From contig JABTUH010000016.1 in the NCBI GenBank assembly GCA_015075455.1, positions 192,001 through 215,686 of the forward strand: 23,686 bases of DNA, read 5' to 3'. This document shows, one piece after another, positions 17,112 to 23,686 of the stretch; position 1 is the stretch's first letter, and every line of letters starts with the position of its first letter. The position numbers were made by a program, and so were the translations under genes. Under the pieces are notes generated by a model. That model worked only from the letters and a program-made list of their open reading frames with translations, had not been told where the DNA came from and searched no databases. This stretch comes from Kofleriaceae bacterium. GTDB taxonomy: Bacteria; Myxococcota_A; Polyangia; Haliangiales; Haliangiaceae.

Positions 17112-18059
17112 CTACTTGCCGCTGAAGAGCAGGAACGCCAGCACGCCGATGGCCGCGAGCAGCACGACCACGAGCACGTAGATCACGGCGCTCGACTTGG
17201 GCTGGGTCAGCGCCGGGCGCTCGGCGGGGACCGGCGTGGAGAAGCTGCCGCTGCCGGGGTTGGTGCCGGGCGAGGTGAAGTTGCCCGGCCGGCTGCCCGG
17301 GTTGGTGCCCTGGAACGAGCCCACCGGGCGCATGCCGGGGTGGGTGGTGGTCGTCACCGGCGTCATCGACGGCCGGCTGCCCGGCTTGGCGGTGATCGAC
17401 GGCGAGCTGCCGCTGGGCCGCGAGATCGACGGCAAGGACGGCACGCTGGGCAACGACGACACCGACGAGCTGTGCAGGCTCGAGGTGCCGGTGCGCGAGC
17501 GGATCTTGGACTTCTCGCCGTTGTCACCGGAGGCGAACTCCTTGATGACGCCGTTGATCTTGTCGGGCTCGGCGATCTTCTTCTGGTTCGACAGGAACGC
17601 GAAGTACGAGTCGGCCATGTCGTCGAAGTCCATGACCAGATCGCACTCGTCGCAGCGACAGGTCGGCGGCTCGTGCGGCCCCGAGCCCATGTCGGCCGCC
17701 TCGACGAGCAGCACCTTCTCCTCGTCGCACTCGGGACAGAAGTACGGGACGTAGAAGCTCTTGACCACGCCCGACCCGGTGAAGTTGTTGACGAGGTTGA
17801 TCTGGGCGACGATCGCCGGCGAGCACTCGACGAGCACCGCGCGGGTCGCCTGGGTCTCGAGCTTGCCGAGCCAGTTGACCCAGTCGCGCACGCCACACGA
17901 GTTGATGCGCTCGATCTCGCCGAGATCGATCACCGCCGTACCCGCCGGGATCTTGTCGGTCAGCGCGGTGAGCTCGTTGTCCTCGTCGATGACACCGCTC
18001 AGCTTGACGTAGCTGACGTCGTCGCGGTGGTGGACCGACGCCTGAAACTTCTGGCTCAT
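17112..18059 (-). CDS. STAS-domain plus C4 zinc-ribbon protein with Ser/Pro/Gly/Thr-rich linker and C-terminal transmembrane anchor
   Basis: Paralog of 10551..11048: '[23 protein letters not shown]...[15 protein letters not shown]...YFCPECDEE...[15 protein letters not shown]'. Then ~110 aa low-complexity ('[29 protein letters not shown]...[20 protein letters not shown]') and '[22 protein letters not shown]' TM. GGAGA 5 nt upstream of ATG 18057-18059. Confidence 0.8.
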   Translation of the reverse strand: MSQKFQASVHHRDDVSYVKLSGVIDEDNELTALTDKIPAGTAVIDLGEIERINSCGVRDWVNWLGKLETQATRAVLVECSPAIVAQINLVNNFTGSGVVKSFYVPYFCPECDEEKVLLVEAADMGSGPHEPPTCRCDECDLVMDFDDMADSYFAFLSNQKKIAEPDKINGVIKEFASGDNGEKSKIRSRTGTSSLHSSSVSSLPSVPSLPSISRPSGSSPSITAKPGSRPSMTPVTTTTHPGMRPVGSFQGTNPGSRPGNFTSPGTNPGSGSFSTPVPAERPALTQPKSSAVIYVLVVVLLAAIGVLAFLLFSGK

Positions 18060-18197
18060 TGCGTCTCCGTCGACACGTAATTCACGTAGCCGTGATTACA
18101 CCTGTACCCTAGAACCTTCAACTCGCAAAGCATATCGTGATCGCGCCAGCGGGATCCACTCCATGGACGTCGATCGTGGCCCGTCCCCCGCCTCGTG
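18060..18197. promoter_or_regulatory. Lower-GC intergenic region with imperfect inverted repeat 'gtaattcacgtagccgtgattac'; probable promoter/regulatory region for the STAS-ZnR-TM gene
   Basis: Local GC visibly lower (~50%) than the ~72% background. Contains an RBS and the palindromic element. No sigma-factor consensus assigned. Confidence 0.35.
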
Positions 18198-21100
18198 TCA
18201 CGCCTGGTTCGGGGCAGCGGTGAGGTAGTCGCGTAGGCGCTGGTAGTCGTCGGACAGATAGAAGCGCACCAGGTCGGCCCCGCCCAGCACCGCGCCCAGG
18301 GCCACGGTGGCGTCGTGAGACAGGAGCATCTCGCCGGTCAGGCGCGCGATCATCCAGGTGGCGGCGGCGAAGTCGTCGCAGGCGAGGAGCCCGCCGCGCT
18401 TGGCGGCGCCCAGCATGCCGTCGATCCAGGCGTCGCCGTCGACGTCGCGGCCCCAGTTCTGGTGGCGCTCGATGACCTTCTGCGCCCGCTTGGACAGCCC
18501 CTTCACGAACTCGTTGGTCGGCGCCGGCCGCTCGCCCTCGGGCAGCAGCAGCGACTTCATGAAGTTGCCGAGCTCGGATCGCTGGCGACGGCCGAGGTGG
18601 TGGAGGAAGGCGTACCCGCCCCGCAGCGCCTCGAAGGCCCAGCCGAGGAGGAAGCGGCGCGGCCCGTCGCCCTCGCCGACCAGCGACCGGTCGATCACCA
18701 CCAGGCGGCGGGGCGCCGCCACCAGCGCCACCAGGCCGGGCACGCGCTCGCCCACGAAGACCTCGGCCTCGATGGCGTCGAGCCGGGCGATGTCGGCGAC
18801 CGCGACCTTGAGCCCGGGGTCGTCCATGCCCTGTACCGGGATCAGGTTCTCCCCCAGCATCGGCGGCGGGTACAGGCCGCCCAGCTCGGCCGCGGCCGCC
18901 GCCAGCACCTCGCCGAACGGATCGCGCGCCGCCGTCGTCACCAGCAGCCGCATCCGCATCTCGTCGTCGAGCGCCCGCCGCATCGGGTGGTAGGGCAACG
19001 ACGCCCGCACCTTGGCGGCGGCGCCGCGATCGGACTCCTCGGCGAAGCCGAGCTGCTCCATCACCGTCAGCGCCCGCGCCGCCCGCTCCGGCTCGCCGAC
19101 GCGGGTGTAGTACGACGACAGGAGGCGGTAGGCCATCGCGTTGTGGATGTCGCGATCCACGACCTTGCGCAGCTCCGAGATCGCCTTGCCCGGGTCGTCG
19201 ATGGCGTAGATCTCGGCCAGCGCCACACGATCGGGCGGGCTGTCGTCGACGCCCAGGATGCCGCGGTAGGCCTCGATCGCCGCCGGCCGGTCGCCGGACG
19301 CGAGGAGGATGCGGGCCAGGCCGCGCTGCAGCGGCACCGCCGCCGGCGGCCCGCCCTTCTCCATCGCGGCGTGGGCGGCGTCGATGAGCAGGCCCTCGGC
19401 GCCGCGCTGGTCGCCGGCCTCGGCGGCGCGCCGCGCCAGGGCCAGGGCCGGCGGCGCGTAGCCCGGATCGTACTCGCTGGCCCGGCGGTACTGCGAGGTC
19501 GCGCCGCGAGGATCGCCCGAGGTCTCGGTGATGCGCCCGCGGTAGTAGTAGTAGCGGGCCAGGTTCTCGGGCGAGATCGCCGAGCCCGGCGCCGCCGCCA
19601 GCTCGATCACGCGATCGATCGCCGCCCGGGCGTCGGCGTGGCGCCCCAGCAGGTAGTGCTCCTGGGCCAGGCGGTAGTAGGCCTCCTCGTGGATCGGGTC
19701 GATGCGGATGACCTCGCGCAGGACCGAGATCGCGCGGTGGGGCTCCATCTCGCAGTCGGCGTGGATCTCGGCCTGCCGCATGAGCGCGCCGACGCGCACC
19801 GCCTGCGACACGTCGCTGTGGTTCAGGAACTTGACGATGGCGTCGACCGCGTGGCTCCACCGCCGCATGTTGAGGTGGAGCGTGATCATCGCCGACAGCA
19901 CCTCGAAGTCGTCGGGCGCCAGCGCCACCGCCTCGGCGTAGAGCTGCTGGGCCTGATCGAGGTCGCCCTCGCGCTCCTTCATGCCGGCCTGGGCGACGCG
20001 GACCCGGGCCAGGAAGGGCCCGGCGTCGTCGCGCTTCTTGTAGAGCTTGTCGAGCTCGCGGTAGATCGCGTCGAAGTCCCAGGCCTCGGGGTGCTTGCGC
20101 TGCAGGTCGAGCAGGCCGTCGAGGGCCGACAGGTTGTTGGGCTTGATCTCGAGGGCGACGATCAGGCTCTCGGCGGCGCCGCGGGCGTCGCCGGTCATGT
20201 GGGCGACCACGCCGCGCCGGCGATAGAACTCGCTGCGGGTGTTGGGATCGCCCTCGCGCATGGCCTTGACCGCCAGCGCCTGGGCCAGGGGCAGCGCCCG
20301 CTGCCACTCCCCGGCGTCGAAGTAGTGCTCGAACAGGGCCTGGTTGGCGGGCAGGCACTCGGGATCGACGGCGAGCGCGCTCTCGTAGTAGTGCATCGCC
20401 CGGTCGGGCTGGCCGAGGCGCGACTCGTAGATGCGGCCGATCTGGGCGAAGACGCCGGCCCGCTCCTTGTCGTCCTGCCACAGCTTGACCTCGAGCTCGA
20501 GGGTCTGGATGACCCGCGGCCAGTCCTCGCGCCGGCGGTAGAGGTCGCGCAGGCCGTGGACCGCCGGCAGGCACGAGGGCGAGGTCTTGATCGCCGCGTC
20601 GTAGTAGCGGATCGCGTCCTCCTCCTTGCCGAACTTGGCCTCCATCACCGAGCCGCACTTGAAGTAGAGCAGCGCCTTGAGGTTGCGATCGGTGGTGACC
20701 CGGATCTGGCGGCGGGTGACGTCGACGAACTCGGCCCACTGCTCCGTCGACTCGTAGATGCGGCCCAGGGCCTCGAGCGCCTCCTTGTTGGCGGGCGCGA
20801 TCTCGAGGATGCGCTGGTAGTGCTCGACCGCGCGCGACTCGTCGCGCAGGCCCTCCTCGCTGATCTGGGCGATGCGCTTGTGCAGGGTGGTCGCGGCGTC
20901 GCCGGCGGGGGCGGTGGCCAGGCGGTGGCGCAGGACCTCGACCAGCTTGCCCCAGTCGTGGTTGCGCTCGTACCAGCGCTCGAGCGCGTCGAGGGCCTCG
21001 ACGTCGGACGGATCGATGTCGAGGATGTGCTGGTAGAGGCGGGCGGCCTCGCCGAAGTCGCGCATCTTGGCGGCGGCGACCCGGGCGGCGCGGCGCAGCG

Positions 21101-23686
21101 ACTCGAGGCGGCGCTCGTCGTCGCGGGTCAGGCCGGCCCGCTTCTCGTAGACCCCGATGAGCCCGCTCCAGTCGCTCTTCTGCGAGAAGATCGACTCCAG
21201 GAACTTCACGCTGGTGTCGTTCTCGGGATCGATCTCGACGACCTTGACGTAGGACTGGGCCGCGGCGTCGAGCTCCCCCAGGTACTGGAGCTGGACCTGG
21301 CCGCGGCGGGCGTAGAGGTCGCCCAGGCGGTAGGCCCGCGACGCGCCGCTCTCCACCAGGTCGATCGCGCTCTGGTAGAGCTTCATCGCCGACGCCCAGC
21401 GCTCGTGCTTGTAGCAGAGCTTCTCGAGCGAGGTGAAGACCTCGCGGTTGGCGGGGTCGGCGAGGAACGACGCGGTGAAGGCGGCGATCGCGCCGTCGGG
21501 GTCGCCGCGGTTCTGCTTGACCTGGGCGATGCGCCCGTAGAGCTGGGCCCGCTCCAGCTTGTCGATCGTCGAGTCGGCGCGGGCCTCCAGCACCCGCATC
21601 AGATCCTTGTCGCGGCCGAGCCGCTCGTACAGCCGCTCGAGGGCCTCGAGCGCAGGCACGTACTGGGGGCGGCGCTCGAGGATCGACTCGTAGGCGAGCG
21701 CGGCGTCGGCGGGCTTGGCCAGCTTCTCCTCGCGGAGCTGGCCGAGCCGGGTCAGGATCGCGAGCTGGGCGTCGACGTTGCCCGCCGGCGCCGCCGCCAG
21801 CTCGCGCTCGAGCGCGCCGGCCAGGTCGGCCCAGCGCTCGGTGCGCTCGAGCAGCCGGGTCAGGTCGCGGTGGCTGTCGGTGCTGGCGCTGCCCTGGGCC
21901 GCGAGCTGGTGGAAGCGGATCGCGGTCTCGACGTCGCCGAGCTTGTCCTCGGCCATGCGCGCCAGCGACGCCGCCAGCCGCGGCCGCTCGGCGGCCGGGG
22001 TCAGCTCGATCTCGGCCTGCCGGATCTCGGCCAGCTCGGTCCACTCGCCCAGGCGCTCGAGGGCCTCGGCCAGGACCCGCAGGTTGGCCAGGGTCCGCGG
22101 CGCGCGCCGGTAGGCGATCGCCAGCTCGCGCCAGCGATCGTGGCCGCGGGCGACGCGGTCGACCCCGGCCAGGGCGGCGGCGTCGGCGGCGTCGATCGAG
22201 AGCGCGTCGTCGTAGGCGGCGAGCGCCCGCTCGGGGTCGCGCCCGTCCTCGTACAGCTTGCCGGCCTCGAGCTGGATGGCGAGGCGCCGCGACGGCTCGA
22301 CGCCGCGGGTCAGCTCCTGCTCGAGCAGCGCCAGCAGGCGATCGTTGCGGCGGGCCCGGCGGTGGAGCTGCTGCAGGGCGCGCAGCGGCTCGACGGCGCG
22401 ATCGTCGGCGCGCGCGGCGCGCTCGTAGGCGGCCAGGGCCGCGGCGTCGTCGTTGCGCCGGGTCTCCTCGAGCTGGCCGATCTCCAGGTACATCTGGGCC
22501 TGGCGGCGGACGTCCTTGACCAGCTCGGCGACGCGGGCCCGTAGCTCGATCGCCTTGTCCCATTGCCGGCCGTGCTCGCACAGCCGCGCCAGCTCGTAGG
22601 TGACGTCGGGGTCGTCGGGCCGCAGGGTCTGGGCCTGCTCGAGCACGGCGCGGGCGCGCCGGGTGTCGCTGATGTGCTCGGCCAGGATCTTGCCGTGCTC
22701 GCGCAGGAGCACCAGCTTGAGCTCCTCGGAGGTGCACAGCGCGGTGAGATCGGACAGCGTGCTCGACAGCTCGCGCCAGCGCTCGGCCTTGCGGTAGATC
22801 GCGGCCAGCGCGCCCTTGGCCGCGGGATCCTGCGGCGCCTGGCGCGAGGCCTGGAGAAGGAGCTCCTCCGCCTCCAGCGGCCGGGCGCGCGCGAGCTCGA
22901 GGGCGCCGGCGGCGAACAGGAGCGCGGTGGCGGCGCGGCGGTCGCGGGCCGACTGCGCCGCCGCCCGGTAGATCTCGCCGAGCTGGGCGCGGTCGCGCTG
23001 GCGACGGGCGAGGCGCGCGAGGTGGTCGAGCTCGCTCTGGCGCGCCGGACCGGGAGCGCGCTCCGACGACGCGACCTTGAGCAGCTCGAGGGCGCGGGCG
23101 ACGTCGCCCAGCCGGGCCTCGATGACCAGCGCCGCCCGCCGGTTGCCGGCCCGGGCGCCGTCCTTGGCCTGGGCCAGGAGGTGGCCGACCAGGGCCTCGG
23201 GCTCGCCGGCGCGCAGGCGCTCGAGCGTGAGCAGGCCGCTGGCCGTCCGGGCACCGGACGTCGCGAGCTGGGCCAGCTCGCCGGCCATGGCCAGCCCGTG
23301 GGCGTCGGCGATCTCGAGGGCGCGCCAGGCGTGGGCCGCGGACAGGCCGCCGGCGGCCTGCGACTCGGCGAGGCCACGGCGCGCGGTCACGGCGTCGCCC
23401 CAGCGGCTGGCGCGGTGGCCGACCCGGGCCATGGCCAGCCGCGCCAGCACCGGGCCGTAGCCCTCGTCGCCGGCGGCCGAGGCGTAGCCGGAGACCGCGG
23501 CGCCCAGGACGCCGGCGGCGAGCCGGGCGTCGGCGAGGGCGTGGCGGGTGGCGGCCTCCTCGCGGCGGGCCCCGGCGTCGGCCTCGAGCAGCTCGAGGCG
23601 GCGCTCGTGCAGCGCGGCCACGGCCGCGCCGTCGGCGCCCCCGGGCAGGCGCTGGGCGGCGTCGAGGGCGAGGTCGATCGCGCGCA
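18198..23686 (-). CDS. Giant TPR-repeat protein (>1829 aa), N-terminus beyond window edge
   Basis: Frame open from window end to TGA at 18198-18200. Dozens of TPR-like helical pairs ('AIELRARVAELVKDVRRQAQMYLEIGQL', 'ALAAYERAARADDRAVEPLRALQQLH', 'AIRYYDAAIKTSPSCLPAVHGLRDLY', etc.). Acidic/aromatic C-terminal region. Confidence 0.75.
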   Translation of the reverse strand, partial: RAIDLALDAAQRLPGGADGAAVAALHERRLELLEADAGARREEAATRHALADARLAAGVLGAAVSGYASAAGDEGYGPVLARLAMARVGHRASRWGDAVTARRGLAESQAAGGLSAAHAWRALEIADAHGLAMAGELAQLATSGARTASGLLTLERLRAGEPEALVGHLLAQAKDGARAGNRRAALVIEARLGDVARALELLKVASSERAPGPARQSELDHLARLARRQRDRAQLGEIYRAAAQSARDRRAATALLFAAGALELARARPLEAEELLLQASRQAPQDPAAKGALAAIYRKAERWRELSSTLSDLTALCTSEELKLVLLREHGKILAEHISDTRRARAVLEQAQTLRPDDPDVTYELARLCEHGRQWDKAIELRARVAELVKDVRRQAQMYLEIGQLEETRRNDDAAALAAYERAARADDRAVEPLRALQQLHRRARRNDRLLALLEQELTRGVEPSRRLAIQLEAGKLYEDGRDPERALAAYDDALSIDAADAAALAGVDRVARGHDRWRELAIAYRRAPRTLANLRVLAEALERLGEWTELAEIRQAEIELTPAAERPRLAASLARMAEDKLGDVETAIRFHQLAAQGSASTDSHRDLTRLLERTERWADLAGALERELAAAPAGNVDAQLAILTRLGQLREEKLAKPADAALAYESILERRPQYVPALEALERLYERLGRDKDLMRVLEARADSTIDKLERAQLYGRIAQVKQNRGDPDGAIAAFTASFLADPANREVFTSLEKLCYKHERWASAMKLYQSAIDLVESGASRAYRLGDLYARRGQVQLQYLGELDAAAQSYVKVVEIDPENDTSVKFLESIFSQKSDWSGLIGVYEKRAGLTRDDERRLESLRRAARVAAAKMRDFGEAARLYQHILDIDPSDVEALDALERWYERNHDWGKLVEVLRHRLATAPAGDAATTLHKRIAQISEEGLRDESRAVEHYQRILEIAPANKEALEALGRIYESTEQWAEFVDVTRRQIRVTTDRNLKALLYFKCGSVMEAKFGKEEDAIRYYDAAIKTSPSCLPAVHGLRDLYRRREDWPRVIQTLELEVKLWQDDKERAGVFAQIGRIYESRLGQPDRAMHYYESALAVDPECLPANQALFEHYFDAGEWQRALPLAQALAVKAMREGDPNTRSEFYRRRGVVAHMTGDARGAAESLIVALEIKPNNLSALDGLLDLQRKHPEAWDFDAIYRELDKLYKKRDDAGPFLARVRVAQAGMKEREGDLDQAQQLYAEAVALAPDDFEVLSAMITLHLNMRRWSHAVDAIVKFLNHSDVSQAVRVGALMRQAEIHADCEMEPHRAISVLREVIRIDPIHEEAYYRLAQEHYLLGRHADARAAIDRVIELAAAPGSAISPENLARYYYYRGRITETSGDPRGATSQYRRASEYDPGYAPPALALARRAAEAGDQRGAEGLLIDAAHAAMEKGGPPAAVPLQRGLARILLASGDRPAAIEAYRGILGVDDSPPDRVALAEIYAIDDPGKAISELRKVVDRDIHNAMAYRLLSSYYTRVGEPERAARALTVMEQLGFAEESDRGAAAKVRASLPYHPMRRALDDEMRMRLLVTTAARDPFGEVLAAAAAELGGLYPPPMLGENLIPVQGMDDPGLKVAVADIARLDAIEAEVFVGERVPGLVALVAAPRRLVVIDRSLVGEGDGPRRFLLGWAFEALRGGYAFLHHLGRRQRSELGNFMKSLLLPEGERPAPTNEFVKGLSKRAQKVIERHQNWGRDVDGDAWIDGMLGAAKRGGLLACDDFAAATWMIARLTGEMLLSHDATVALGAVLGGADLVRFYLSDDYQRLRDYLTAAPNQA

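Noticed and set aside
18118-22737. 1539-aa minus-strand ORF and 1409-aa plus-strand ORF (18315..22544) overlapping the giant TPR gene
   Set aside because: Alternative-frame and antisense open frames with Arg/Gly/Pro-rich nonsense translations. The TPR frame (18198..23686) is the only one with structured repeat content.

Overview
This is a ~72% GC window with strong GC3 codon bias and frequent GTG/TTG starts, consistent with Myxococcota-like high-GC bacterial chromosome. No homology search was run; all calls come from motifs read directly in the translated ORFs.

Layout, left to right:
(1) The 3' end of a hypothetical gene.
(2) A C-rich degenerate repeat array, then a RAYT/IS200-like Y1 HuH transposase-like gene bracketed by inverted REP-like palindromes (REPtron-like unit).
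(3) A divergent TetR regulator paired with a three-gene RND efflux operon: TolC-like OMP, lipoprotein membrane-fusion protein, and AcrB-like pump. It has a candidate 35-bp palindromic operator, and a tandem 17-19 bp repeat lies in the TetR 5' region.
(4) A long minus-strand signalling operon: membrane RsbU/SpoIIE-type PP2C phosphatase, 883-aa TPR protein, PhnD-like periplasmic binding protein, STAS domain fused to a C4 zinc ribbon, PAS histidine kinase, and single-domain receiver.
(5) A second, partially duplicated module: a stand-alone PAS plus coiled-coil protein that is a kinase-less paralog of the histidine-kinase sensor region, a second STAS plus zinc-ribbon paralog carrying a Ser/Pro/Gly-rich linker and C-terminal TM anchor, and a giant (>1800 aa) TPR protein running off the window edge.

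The most interesting signal is the duplicated trio [4-Cys PAS sensor + STAS-Zn-ribbon + large TPR protein] next to a PP2C phosphatase. No RsbW-type serine kinase is visible. This is a candidate uncharacterised partner-switching-like signalling system.

Many long overlapping ORFs in the six-frame track are high-GC alternative-frame or antisense artefacts and were rejected.
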